From contig NC_052146.1 of NCBI RefSeq assembly GCF_902713615.1, positions 306,482,335 to 306,546,334 on the forward strand: a stretch of 64,000 bases of DNA, read 5' to 3'. Shown here one piece after another: positions 24,101 to 36,639 of the stretch. Each line of letters starts with the position of its first letter. The first letter of the stretch is position 1. The notes beneath the pieces are model-generated. The model saw only the letters and a list, made by a program, of their open reading frames with translations, was not told where the DNA came from and searched no databases. Position numbers and translations under genes: made by a program. The DNA is from Scyliorhinus canicula. Its lineage: Eukaryota.

Positions 24101-27100
24101 GACTTGAACTCACAGTCCAAGGTTGCCATCTCAAGTTTGCCTCACTAAATATCCCACATTCAAATCCATTGGAGTGGAGTCAGTCTGTCTGTAATATTCA
24201 TCCCCAACAAAAGACTCACATCATGGGCTGGATTCTCCGCCCCGCTGCGCCACATTTCTGTTTCTGCACGCCGACGGGATACTCCGTTACCCATTGTGGG
24301 GCAGCCCCACGCCGCCGGGAAACCCCTGGGCTGTCGGCAAAACGGAGCATCCCGGCGGCGGAGAATCCAGCCCCACGTGGCAAGACCCTGAGGCATTCAA
24401 CTATTTGGAGCTAATCGAATCACCTTTGGGATGTATGGATAACGTCTTTTTTAAAAATCTCCAGCAATTGGAGGAACATTACCTGACAAACCAACACTTT
24501 GTACATCTTAGAATAGAATGCCTAGGTGCAGAAGGAGGCCATTTGGCCCATTGATTCCACATTGACTCTTGGAAAGAGCACCCTACCCAGACCCATGTCT
24601 ATAGTCCGCCCTCCAGCTGTATTTAAATTTTCTCTGATGCATATAATTACTTGCAAGAATTCATAGAATCACAGCAAAATAGTGCAAAAAAAAAAGGCCC
24701 TTTGGCCCATCGCACCTGCATCACCACATGAAAGGCACCTGATCTGCCAATCCTAATCCTTTGTCCAGCGTTTAGCCCACAGCCTCGAATGTTGTGACGT
24801 GCCAAGTGATCATCCAGGTACCTTTTTAAAGGACGTGAGGCATCCCGCCTTTACCACCCTCCCAGGTAGTGTGTTCTAGACTATCACCACCCTCTGGGTG
24901 AAAAGGCTTTCCTCAAATCCCCCCCGATACCTCCTGCCCCTCACCTTGAACTTGTGCCCCCTCGTAACTGACCCTTCAGCTAAGGGCAACAGCTGTTCCC
25001 TCTCCACCCTGTCCATGCCCCTCATTATCTTGTCCATCTCGATCCCCTCAGTCTTCTCTGCTTCAGAGAAAACAACCCAAGCCTATCCAACCTCTTCATA
25101 ACTAAAACGTTCCATCCCAGGCAACATCCTGGTCAATCTCCTCTGCACCTCCTCCAGTGCAATCACATCCTTCCTATAATGTGGCGACCAGAATTGCACA
25201 CAGTACTCCAGCTGTGACCTCACCAAAGTTCTATACAGCTTCATCATGACCTCCCTGCTTTTGTAATCTACATTGTGCTGCCCTTATGCCTCTATTGTTA
25301 AAGGCAAGTTTGCCTTATTCACCGCCCTATTAATAATAATTTAATAATAATCTTTATTATTGTCACAAGTAGGCTTGCAGTAACACTGCAATGAAGTTAC
25401 TGTGAAAAGCCCGTAGTTGCCCCACATTCCGGCGCCTGTTCGGATACACTGAGGGAGAATTCAGAATGTCCAAATTACCTAACAGCACGTCTTTCGAGAC
25501 TTGTGGGAGGAAACCGGAGCACCCGGTGGAAACCCACGCAGACACGGGGAGAACATGCAGACTCCACACAGACAGACCCAAGCTGGGAATCGAACTTGAC
25601 ACCCTGCCGCTGTGAAGCAACAGTGCTAACCACTGTGCCACCGTGCTGCCCCACTTAACTACTTTCTGCCTTCAGAGACCTATTTACAAAGACGTCAAGG
25701 TCTCTTTGTTCCTCAGGACCTCCCAGTGTGGTGCCATTCATTGAATATTTCCTTGCCAAATTGCCTCTTCCAAAGTGTATCACCACACTTTTCAGGATTA
25801 AATTCCATCTGCCACTTATCTGCCCATTTCATCAACCCGTCTGTATCTTCCTGTAACCCAAGACTCTCAGCGTCACTGTTAACTACCCGGCCAATCTTTG
25901 TGTCATCCACAAACTTACTGATCCTACCCCCCACAAAGTGAGCGATGTCGTTTATATAAACGATTAATAATATGGGACCCAGCATCTTCCCGAGCAGCTC
26001 CATGACGCAGGGCTCCGTGCTCTATGGGCTGTTCCCAAGGGACGCACACCGGGATAAACATCAGCTGTTGCTGGGGGAATCATCAACTCGGTGAAAGATG
26101 CTCTTTGTTCTGCCTGAAACCTGTTGGTCTTTCGGTGCAGAGTTGTCCTTGACCGAGTGTTGCAGGCGGGCACATTGCAAAGCCCGAGACTTTGTGCTGA
26201 GGAATTCACTATAGTTTAGGGCAGTGTTCTTCAAAGTCAGGGGCACGCCCCGCGGGTGGATCGCGGGCGGGTGCCGGGAGGGTCGCGGAGCCGTTGTCCG
26301 CAGCACTCCCGATCGCGCAAATCCCCACGCAGCAACCGGCTTTTAATAATGCTGGTTGCAAGCGGCCGCGAACATGCTAAAAAAAAATTTGCCCGCATTG
26401 CACATGCGCGCACAATGATCGGCACGCATTCACATTCTGCGAACATGTTTAAAAAATTGAGCCGCATTGGGCATGCGCGCCGATCATCGGTTGCAACTTT
26501 TTGGTTTACAAGTTCTGTACAAAGAACAAAGAACAAAGAAAAGTACAGCACAGGAACAGGCCCTTCGGCCCTCCAAGCTAAACTCCAAGCAAAGTCTAAA
26601 TTAAAATCTTCTATACTTCCTGGGTCCGTATCCCTCTATTCCCATCCTATTCATGTATTTGTCAAGATGCCCCTTAAATGTCACTATCGTCCCTGCTTCC
26701 ACCACCTCCTCCAGCAGCAAGTTCCAGGCACCCACTACCCTCTGTGTAAAAAACTTGCCTTGTACATCTCCTCTAAACCTTGCCCCTTGCACCTTAAACC
26801 TATCCCCCCAGTAATAGACCCCTCTACCCTGGGAAAAGCCTCTGACTATCCACTCTGTCTATGCCCTCATAATTTTGTAGACATCTATCAGGTCACCCTT
26901 CAACTTCCATCGTTCCAGTGAGAACCGCTCCTCATAGCTAATGCCCTCCATACCAGGCAACATCCTGGTAAATCTCTTCTGCACCTTCTCTAAAGCCTCC
27001 ACATCCTTCTGGTAGTGTGGCGAGCAGAATTGAACACTATACTCCAAGTGTGGTCTAACTAAGGTTCTATACAGCTGCAACATGACTTGTCAATTCTTAT

Positions 27101-30100
27101 ACTCAATGCCCCGGCCAATGAAGGCAAGCATGCTGTATGCCGTCTTGACTACCTTCTCCACCTGTGTTGCCCCTTCCAGTGACCTGTGGACCTGTACACC
27201 TAGATCTCTCTGACTTTCAATACTCTTGAGGGTTCTACCATTCACTGTATATTCCCTACCTGCATTAGACCTTCCAAAATGCATTACCTCACATTTGTCC
27301 GGATTAAACTCCATCTGCCATCTCTCTGCCCAAGTCTCCAAATGATCTAAATCCTGCTGTATCCTCTGACAGTCCTCATCGCTGTCTGCAATTCTACCAA
27401 CCTTTGTGTTGTCTGCAAACTTACTAATCAGACCATTTACATTTTCCTCCAAATCATTTATATATACTACGAACAGCAAAGGTCCCAGCACCGATCCCTG
27501 ACCACTAGTCACAGCCCTCCAATTAGAAAAGCACCCTTCCATTACTACTCTCTGCCTTCTATGACCTAGCCAGTTCTGTATCCACCTTGCCAGCTCACCC
27601 TTGATCCCGCGTGACTTCACCTTTTGTACCAGTCTACCATGAGGGACTTTGTCAAAGGCCTTACTGAAGTCCATATAGACAACATCCACTGCCCTACCTG
27701 CATCAATCATCTTTGTGACCTCTTCGAAAAACTCTATCAAGTTAGTGAGACACGCCCTCCCCTTCACAAAACCGTGCTGCCTCTCACTAATACGTCCATT
27801 TGCTTCCAAATGGGAGTAGATCCTGTCTCGAAGAATTCTCTCCAGTAATTTCCCTACCACTGATGTAAGGCTCGTTAGACGTATTAGATGCTGTGGTATG
27901 AAGAGACAAAAGTTCTGCTCCTTTTTCACCAACACATTTTTATTTCTTCCAACAGACTCTGCACAAAACGCTACGCATCACCAAACCCAGAGGCTACCTG
28001 AAGCCCCTTTACAGATCACTGTCAATTATTGGACACTTAACATAAATGAGACAACTAATTGCAATGTCTCTTAACCCTTTACTGAACAAGAATCACCGGC
28101 CTGTAGTTCCCTGGATTATCCTTGCAACCCTTCTTAAACAAAGGAACAACATTGGCTATTCTTCAGTCCTCCGGGACATCACCTGAAGACAGTGAGGATC
28201 TAAAGATTTCTGTCAAGGCCTCAGCAATTTCCTCTCTAGCCTCCTTCAGTATTCTGGGGTAGATCCCATCCGGCCCTGGGGACTTATCTACCTTAATATT
28301 TTTCAAGACGCCCAACACTTCGTCTTTTTGGATCTCAATGTAGTGCTTTTTATTCATTTAATTTTTTTCATTTATTTTATTCATTTTATTTTACAAGCTC
28401 GGGGGAGGTTTTATTCATTTTTTTCATTTATTTTACTCATTTTATTTATTTTTTACAAGTTCGGGGGGGGGAGGGTTTATTTGAAAAACTTTTACAGGAA
28501 AAAAATGCAGAACGTTGGACAGATGGAGACTCCATACTTTCCGACACCGGAAGGCTTCATCTTCATCCAAAAGGTTCCATTGGAGGAGCGTGTACGAGGG
28601 CCAAAGGGACCCAAAGCCATTTCCTCCATTTTTGTCAGCAGCAAACAAGGTCAGAGAAAATGGTGGGTCGCGCAGGTCGGCCGGCGTGGGTTGTGAAGGT
28701 TGTCCGGCGTGGGTTGTGAAGGTCGGCCGGTGTGGGTCCCGAAGGTCGGCCGGTTTGGGTCCCGAAGGTTGGCCGGTTGGTAAAAATGGGTCCACGGAAA
28801 AAAGGTTTGTAGAACACTGGCTTAGGGCAGCTGCTGCAGAGGAGTGACGAGGGAAGGTCGCTGTCGAAGACCTTTCAGTCAGAGTGAACCGAGAGGTTGA
28901 AAATCTTGTTGAACCCCTCGGGCTGTATGACTCACATTGAATTTATAGGCTGAATATTACATGTATCACAATTGTACTAAAGCACCTCAGAGAACAAGTT
29001 GATCCATGTGGACAACTTAAATACCTTTGCACCATTTGTAAGGAACATTTTGAAATGTTTGTAATGTTTCTTTGTATTAAAGCACCTCAGAGAGCAACAT
29101 GATGTATGTATGTAGAGAACTTGTGTATGATTGCACTTTGTGTGATGGGCATTTTGAAATGTTTGTAATGTTCTTTCAGATATTTTATGACTTAAGTGTG
29201 GTCGCCTGACAGGGCCTGGTTTTGAGCCTGATTAAATTGGATATTTTAAATTAAAGAATTGGGCACTTTAAATCAAACTGCAGCCAAACCTCAGGCAGAC
29301 TGTTGGGAATTCAGACTTAACCAAAGTCAAATACATAACCGACAGAAACTTGTCTGGAACACATCCGTCAATCACCCATTGGGAGACCATTGCACCCTAT
29401 TGATATGAATCGATCTATTGTCAGTAGCTCAGATCGAGCCAGACTCTTGGGCACCCAGAGTTTCTGCTGTTACCTTATCATAGAATTTACAGTGCAGAAG
29501 GAGGCCATTCAGCCCATTGAGTCTGCACCAGCTCTTGGAAAGAGCACCCCACCCAAGGTCAACACCTCCACCTTATCCCCATAACCCAGTAACCCCACCC
29601 AACACTAAGGGCAATTTTGGACACTGAGGGCAATTTATCATGGCCAATCCACCTAACCTGCACATATTTGGACTGTGGGAGGAAACCGGAGAACCCGGAG
29701 GAAACCCACGCACACACGGGGAGGATGTGCAGACTCCACACAGACAGTGACCCAAGCCGGAATCGAACCTGGGACCCTGGAGCTGTGAAGCAATTGTGCT
29801 ATCCACAAGGCTACCGTGCTGCCCTCAATGCTTCATGTGGGAGCAGGTAATGTGTAGCTCACATCACCAGATAGTCACCTGGGGCGGGCTCAGGTGGCCT
29901 ATCAGACGGTCATCAACGGGACCACTGGCCGCTGAGTCCCTCTACCGAGGCCTCTGGCAGAAATCCAGAGGAAATGGCAAAAGGGTATGAAAAGAGGGAG
30001 ATTAAAATAATAATAAATGCTCACAGGCACCAGAAGCACATCAGCAGCGAAGACTCCAGGCAGAGGCAATCGAGACATCGCAGAAGGAAGGAAGAAGCTG

Positions 30101-30749
30101 CCAGTGAGACTCACCTTCGTGACGACGGACCAGAGCGACTCCACAACCGGACCCATAGATCAATCAATCCATCTTTGCAGGCAGCATAACTGAATCTTGT
30201 TTCTCGTGTATATTTTGGGTAAATTTACGGGTTAATTGTGTGTTTAATAAAAATTGTTGTATTTATACTTGTGTTTGTCCTTTGTTCTTCTCACTATTAA
30301 AAGACACGTAGGTAAAACTTGGATTAAAATACTGGCCGAAGTATCTGAGGAATTGGATAGATACAACAAAAATATATAATTGCAACAAAAAATAATTCAA
30401 TTGAAAGCCCCAAAGATAATCGATTCATGTTCTCATGGCCCCCAGCTCCCCCGAGACTCAGATAGCGGAAGAATAGAGACCATTGTGATGTCAGCACAGC
30501 GGTGTTGTAATGTCACATGACTCAAAGGAGGCAATAACAAGGGAGAACGAGCCCAATGTTCTACTTTGATCTTAACCTTCCTCCCTCATAGTCTGTAATT
30601 CATGGTGCAACTACCTCTGCCCTGCCTTTGCAATCCACAACGGTACAGCAGCTATGGTATTCCTTTTAAATCCTTAACCACACTTGTTCTCGATTTTCTT
30701 ATTGGGGGTTTGAAGCAGTAAAAATCGTCTACTTACGAGAACTATTCAT
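3055..30749 (-). CDS. ZC2HC1B: Zinc finger C2HC-type protein (ZC2HC1B orthologue by synteny), 5' part: join(complement 30737-30749, 16635-16696, 3055-3174); continues beyond the window start
   Basis: Spliced product [65 protein letters not shown] contains C-x2-C-x11-H-x3-C and a [13 protein letters not shown] motif typical of ZC2HC1A/B; position directly downstream of LTV1 on the same strand favours 1B. Confidence 0.85.
4413..6380 (+). mobile_element. CR1 LINE, 5'-truncated with an internal deletion
   Basis: Endonuclease motifs ([14 protein letters not shown]), RT motifs ([29 protein letters not shown]) and a 3' UTR ending TGTTCTATG. Confidence 0.92.
6505..6672 (+). mobile_element. tRNA-derived SINE 5' part (HE1-like)
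   Basis: A-box/B-box-like head (ggttcgattcc) and conserved body TGTGCGGAGTCTGCACGTTCTCCC...GGGTTTCCTCCGGGTGCTCCGGTTTC. Confidence 0.8.
7093..7418 (-). mobile_element. Full-length HE1-like SINE with CR1-like 3' tail
   Basis: tRNA head, conserved body, tail ...gatgggccgaatggcctccttctgcactgta; further copies at about 3822-4040, 15928-16100, 25335-25652, 29478-29824, 34061-34278, 39967-40192, 43545-43737, 49126-49473, 50270-50557, 52690-52895, 53345-53642, 57605-57895 and 63305-63628. Confidence 0.85.
7518..15002. repeat. ~7.5-kb minisatellite of 29/32-bp units GTCAGGGATATC(TTC)ACGGAGGGGAATTC(A/G)CTGG, roughly 240-250 copies
   Basis: Directly visible; nearly every unit has GATATC and GAATTC; stop-free in the plus frames, hence the spurious ~1000-aa ORFs. 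Confidence 0.98.
16635..16696 (-). CDS. ZC2HC1B: ZC2HC1B exon 2 ([21 protein letters not shown])
   Basis: cttttcttgcacacag acceptor, gtgagt donor, 62 nt. Confidence 0.88.
17545..18385 (+). mobile_element. Rex1/Babar-like LINE 3' fragment
   Basis: [20 protein letters not shown]...[17 protein letters not shown]...[17 protein letters not shown]; 3' end with AATAAA. Confidence 0.85.
18710..19269. mobile_element. GC-rich MITE with GGCGGGATTCTCC...GGAGAATCCCGCC termini (Harbinger-like)
   Basis: Terminal inverted repeats; CpG-rich interior with GCGCATGCGC palindromes. Confidence 0.75.
20335..21175. repeat. 19-bp minisatellite CCGAGCGAGGAAGGCCCCA, ~44 copies
   Basis: Directly visible; almost T-free on the plus strand; source of several spurious ORFs. 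Confidence 0.95.
21381..22250 (-). mobile_element. CR1 LINE 3' fragment
   Basis: [31 protein letters not shown]; [17 protein letters not shown]. Confidence 0.9.
24225..24373. mobile_element. Short MITE of the same TIR family
   Basis: GGGCTGGATTCTCCG...CGGAGAATCCAGCCC perfect 15-bp inverted termini. Confidence 0.75.
24660..25985 (-). mobile_element. Degenerate CR1 fragment split by a SINE (25335-25652)
   Basis: ISKFVDDTK...[14 protein letters not shown]; CR1-type 3' UTR. Confidence 0.8.
26222..28819. mobile_element. Non-autonomous hAT (Charlie-like) DNA transposon containing a CR1 insertion
   Basis: TIRs CAGTGTTCTTCAAA / TTTGTAGAACACTG; 8-bp TSD GTTTAGGG (26214-26221) / GCTTAGGG (28820-28827). 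Confidence 0.85.
26521..28340 (-). mobile_element. CR1 LINE, 5'-truncated, with a ~220-bp insert at ~27873-28094
   Basis: RT ORF 27090..27935 ([21 protein letters not shown]); (AAAGAAC)n tail at 26521. Confidence 0.92.
29197..30368 (+). mobile_element. Probable solo LTR containing a SINE (29478-29824)
   Basis: TGTGG...CAACA termini and AATAAA at ~30246; no clear TSD. Confidence 0.4.
30737..30749 (-). CDS. ZC2HC1B: ZC2HC1B putative exon 1 coding part (ATG AAT AGT TCT C)
   Basis: aaaATG Kozak context, perfect gtaagt donor, phase 1 matching exon 2; RFX-like sites about 135-155 bp upstream. Confidence 0.65.
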
Positions 30750-30875
30750 TTTACAGCTATTAAGATAGACTTGACCTCTAAAGCAGACGATGGTATAGGT
30801 CCCGTTGGCAGGTGTTTGACTAAAGCCACCCCCCACCCATCCCCATCTCCTCTCTATTGTGTCAGACTGGGCTAT

Positions 30876-30904
30876 CCCCTATAGCAACCGTTGCTAGGGT
30901 TGAC
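30876..30904. promoter_or_regulatory. Back-to-back RFX X-box-like sites in the putative ZC2HC1B promoter
   Basis: CCCCTATAGCAAC-C-GTTGCTAGGGTTGAC: two GTTGCTA half-sites in a palindrome upstream of the putative ATG. Confidence 0.55.
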
Positions 30905-31189
30905 AAAGAAAGCCATTTCCCTTTCTTTTTCTTCCACTGTTTCCTTTCATTTAGCCTTTGCTGAATTGTGCGCCTTAAACATTTGCAGCTCTTAATTGGT
31001 GCCCAAGTTATTTGAAGAAAAAAGGAGAAAAAAGACCATTTTCAGCAGAAAAGAAACCGGCTCAGGAAAGTGAAGCCAATTCGATTCTTATTTCACCGAC
31101 AATGATCCAAAGGGTTTGACATCAAACAACTTGTCGCCATGCTTTGTATTTTGCAAGTTGTTGCTTAGAATCAGGTTAGTTGACCAGTC

Positions 31190-31376
31190 TGAATCCTGGG
31201 ATGGATGAGAGGGCAGTCTGAAGAGGATAAATTGAACAGACTAGGACCATTTTCCCTCGAGTTTAGAAGAATGAGAGATAATTTCATTGAAACAAAATTC
31301 TTAATGGGGTTTTGACAGGATAAATGCTGGGAGGAGGTTTCCCTGAGCTGCAATCGAGAACTCAAGGCTCAGGATA

Positions 31377-31409
<33 letters not shown>

Positions 31410-33005
31410 GTCGGCCATTTTGGGCTGAGAGCAATAGAAATGTCTTCATTCAGCATTGTGAATCTTTGGAATTTTCTACCCCAGAGGGTTGTAGATGATC
31501 ACTCGCAGAGCATATTCAAGACAGAGATCAATATATTTCGATACGAAGGGAATCAAAAGACACGAGGGTAAACCAGGAAAGTGGATTTGAGGTAAAAAAA
31601 AATCACTCCCGACCGTACTGGGGGAAGAAGCTCGAGAGACTGGCTGATCATGCTTGTCTCGCCTGCAGGTAATAGGGTAGACAAATGGAATGTCGGCCAT
31701 TATTTCATGCAATGGAGTTTAAACATAAGGAAGACCGGCTAAAACTACACGAGACACTAGTTAGAGCACACCTGGAATGCTGTGAACAGTTCTAGTCCCT
31801 TTATCTAAGGAAAGATGTCCTGGCATTGGAGACAGTCCAGAGAAAGTTCAAAAAATGGATCCCTGGTGTGGAGGGATTTTCTTCTGAGAGGTCGAGCCTG
31901 TACTCACTAGAATTTAGAAGAATGAGAGACAACCTTATTGAGACATATAGGATTCTCGGGGTGGGGGGATGTTCGACAGCGTTGATGCTAAGAGGATGAT
32001 TCCTCTTGTGAGAGACTCAGTCGGTTAGGATTATATTCACTGTAGTTTAGAAGAGTGAGAGGAGATCAAAATTCTAACACATTTAGACAAGGTAGATTCA
32101 GAAAAAATGTTCCCGATGGTGGGGGAGTCCAGAACTAGGGGTCATAGTTTGAGAATAAGGGGGAAACCTTTTAGGGCTGAGGTGAGGAGAAATTTCTTCA
32201 CCCAGAGAGTGATGACTCTGTGGAATTCACTCCCGTGAAAGTAGTTGAGGCCAAAATGTTGTGTAATTTTAAGAAGGAATTAATTATAGCTCTTGGGGAT
32301 AAAGGCATCAAGGGGTATGGGGGGAGAGGCGGGATCATGTGTGGAACTTGATGATCAGCCATGATCATAATGAATGGTGGAGCAGGCTCGAAGGGCTGAA
32401 TGGCCTCCTCTTGCTTCTATTTTCTATGTTTCTAAGGGGTCACCGATTTGAGACAGAGATGAGGAGGAATTTCTTCTCTCAAGAGGGTAGTGAATCTGTG
32501 GAATCTTTACCGTGGAGAGCTGTACAGGCTGGGTCGTTAAGTGTATTCAAGGCTGAGATAGATATTTTTAATCAGTAAGGGAATCGAGGGTTATGGGGAT
32601 AAGGTGGGAAAGTGAGGTTGCGGATTATCACATCAGATCAGCCATGATCTCATTGAATGGCAGAGTAGGTGTGATGGACTGAATGGCCTACTTCTGCTCC
32701 TATGCCTTATGTAAGTTGTGTTAAACTCTCCAATGTAACATGAACAATGAACATGGGTGGGAGGATGAACTGTGACGAGGATGCAGGGATCCTACAGCAT
32801 GATCTGGACAGGTTGGGTGAGTGGGCAAATCAATGGCAGATGCAGTATAATTTGGATAATTGAGAGGTTATTCACTTTGGAAGCAAAAAGAGGAAGGTAG
32901 ATTACTCCCTGAACGGTTGTAAATTGGGAGAGGGGAGTGTGCAGCAGGACCTGGGTGTACTTGTGCACCAGTCGCTGAAGGCAAGCATGCAGGTACAGCA
33001 GGTGG
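31190..33005 (+). mobile_element. Cluster of decayed CR1 fragments
   Basis: Repeated CR1 3'-end sequences (agaagaatgaga..., ttcttcacccagagag..., gatcagccatgat...). Confidence 0.7.
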
Positions 33006-33007
33006 CA

Positions 33008-34060
<1,053 letters not shown>

Positions 34061-34572
34061 TGGGCAGCACAGTGGTTAGCATTGCTGCCTACGGCGCTGA
34101 GGACCTAGATTCGAATCCCGGCCCTGGGTCACTGTCTGTGTGGAGTTTGCACATTCTCCCCGTGCCTACGTGGGTTTTACCCCCACAACCCAAAGATGTG
34201 CAGGGTAGGTGGATTGGCCATGCTAAATTGCCCCTTAATTGGAAAAAATTAATTAGGTACGCTAAATTTATTTTAAAAAGGTACAGATGTAATAGGAAAA
34301 ATGGCAGTCAATCTGTGCACAGGCAGCTCCCACAAGTATTGTTTTTTTGACAATGGCTGAAGGATATTCTCCAGGGCTCTGGGGAGAACTCACCTGGTTG
34401 TCTTCTAATAACACCATGCTGACAGTAACCAAGGATCTTCTTGTCTTGGGCCATTCTCATTGTGTAATGGATTTTCTTGGCCTGGTTTCTTTGCTTTTCA
34501 CTTCTCTCAGCTGATGTCAACCTCTTCCCATGCACCTGACATGCTCAGGAGGCCAGGCTGGTACAGGGCTCT

Positions 34573-34880
34573 CAGTCAGCCTAGTTACATGGAGTATTAG
34601 GGGGCTGAATGGCCCAGTTAAGCATCCTTTAGTGCTTTCACATCACTAAAGCCTTAACACTGATATTGCATTCTTTCAGAAGCACCTTTGTGTTATTGAT
34701 CACACTAGATTACGTACAGCCTGAGACGGCCAGGTGTTTCATTCCAACTTTCACAGTAAAGTTGGGGGGAACGGCAACTTTGATTAACAAAGAATCTCAG
34801 ATCCTGGAGGACATTACACAAAGGTCAGTGGTTCACTTTTTCAATCCCCTGTCGTGTTGGTGAACGTCTTTGCCCCAACT
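34573..34880 (+). mobile_element. Old L1 endonuclease N-terminal fragment
   Basis: VSLVTWSIRGLNGPVKHPLVLSH..SLNTDIAFFQ resembles the L1 ORF2 start motif. Confidence 0.55.
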
Positions 34881-35014
34881 GGGCCAACATGAAATGTATT
34901 TAGCGCTTCTCTCTCCCTTCCCAATCTAGACACCCGCCATCTTATTTCCGGAGATCAGAATTGCGTCACACAGGGCTGGATACAACCATAGATACAGTGC
35001 TAACCAATGTGTCA

Positions 35015-36040
35015 CCGTGCCTCTTATAAGGGCATCAAGCCTCCTGGCGCCCTCTGGGCCAACCTGCGGCAGGTCCTCCCACAAAACTCTGCAAGCATTC
35101 GTGCTGGACGGATCTGGGGAGAAAAGGGCACCGTAGAAGTTTCGAATTTGGGCCCTAATCTCCTCTGGATCTGAGACAAGGGACCCGTTGTCGGCCAGTA
35201 GCGTAAGGAGCTGCTGACAGACTCCGCACCGTTTATCCAGGGGGAGCCACCCCAGGACTCGACAATTTGCAGTCGTGCAGCGTGCCCTTCTCTCTGTACA
35301 CCAGCCGCAGGGCCGGGTCCTCATCGGGCTGACCGAGACGTGACTCCAAGTCGAGCACCTCCTTCTCCAACTCCTCGACCCTGGATTTCCACCTCTTTAT
35401 CGACCCCCCCTCGCATACTCCTGACAGAAGGTACACACATGACTCTTGCCCATGTCCCACCATAGCCTCAAGGAGGGGAAGCCTCCCTGCTTCCTTCTCC
35501 AGCTGGTCCAGAAGCGACGAAACAAGCCCAGGAACCGCTCATCCTCCAGCAGCAGCTTGTTAAAATGCCAGTGGGCAGATTGCGACTGAGCGCGAGACAG
35601 GGCGAGCCCCATCCACACAAAACGGTGGTCCGAGCAAGGCACCTGCTGCACAGGTACGCCCTTGAAATGTAGAGGCAGCCGATTCTGGAAGCTCCGACCC
35701 CAGGCCTCACAAAGGTGAAGATGCTGGAGTCAGGATGGAGAGTCTGGCAGATGGCCACCAAGTTAAAGAACCCGACCAAGTTCCTTAACTTCACCACCGC
35801 ACGACAGCTGCACTGGGCACAGAGATGGTCCTGTATCTCAAGGATGCAATTAAACATGCCCCCCCCCCCCCCCCCCCCCTCCGGACGATGCACACGCCCG
35901 TGGCGATGGTGCCAAGATGAGTGGACACTTGCTCGAAGAAAGTCGTCTGCAACTGGCCAGCCTGGGGAGCATAGACATTCACAAGCTGAAGTACCTCACC
36001 GCAGACCGTCAGGTGCAGCAAGCAGCCTGGCTGTGGCTCC
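35015..36040 (-). mobile_element. Tx1-clade LINE ORF2 fragment (endonuclease and linker)
   Basis: LQLVNVYAP, GG-FNC, SDHRFV, HWHFNKLLLEDERF..FW..WR.KQGGFPSLRLWWDMGK. Confidence 0.85.
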
Positions 36041-36639
36041 TTGAGGCGGGTATTTGGGGATGGAGCGCAGTGTCTCTTCCTGATGAATTGGCTGTTCCAC
36101 ATCGGGAAACCCAGGAACGTCAACAGACCACAGAAAGACACAGATTTTTCCTCTTGGCTCCTATTTGAAACCTTTGGCTACAGCAAAGCCACAGGTCTTG
36201 ATTCAGGGCCCCATTCTCCAATACTAATAACAGATGTGACAGATGTTCCCTGGCCCCTGCGGACCACACTCACACGTTCTGAACGTGCTCAAAGCTGGCT
36301 GCTTTTAATCATCTTTCTTTCGAGATTCTCCCCAAAGTTTTCGATGTTCATTTGCAGCCATGTCCTTTGCTCACGCCTGTGGTCACAGCCGAATTGGTCA
36401 GTTCCACTAAGATTACGGCAGACGTCATTGCATTGACTGCGTTAATCGCTCGCAGGTGGGTTCTATTCAATTAGAGATCCCCCAAACGTCCCACTGCTTC
36501 CTCTCAGTTAGAAGACAAAGTCTTCTCTTGGAGAAGATTAAATATACCATCAGAGAAATGCTATCGTAGATGACAGCCTTTCTTTAACCAATTAATTACT
36601 GATGATTGTTAATTTAAATGGGGCTTTTTTTGCAAAGGG

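Larger units (their letters stand above)
25986..29190 (+). mobile_element. Tx1-like LINE 3' end (25986-26221 and 28820-29190) interrupted by a hAT element
   Basis: [16 protein letters not shown]...[21 protein letters not shown]...ECCRRAH; sequence resumes after the hAT target-site duplication. Confidence 0.6.

Noticed and set aside
31376-31408. Long poly-G/poly-C runs (also ~62390-62413 and ~62486-62512) as functional G-quadruplex elements
   Set aside because: Homopolymer expansions inside dead TEs; lengths are also unreliable in assemblies
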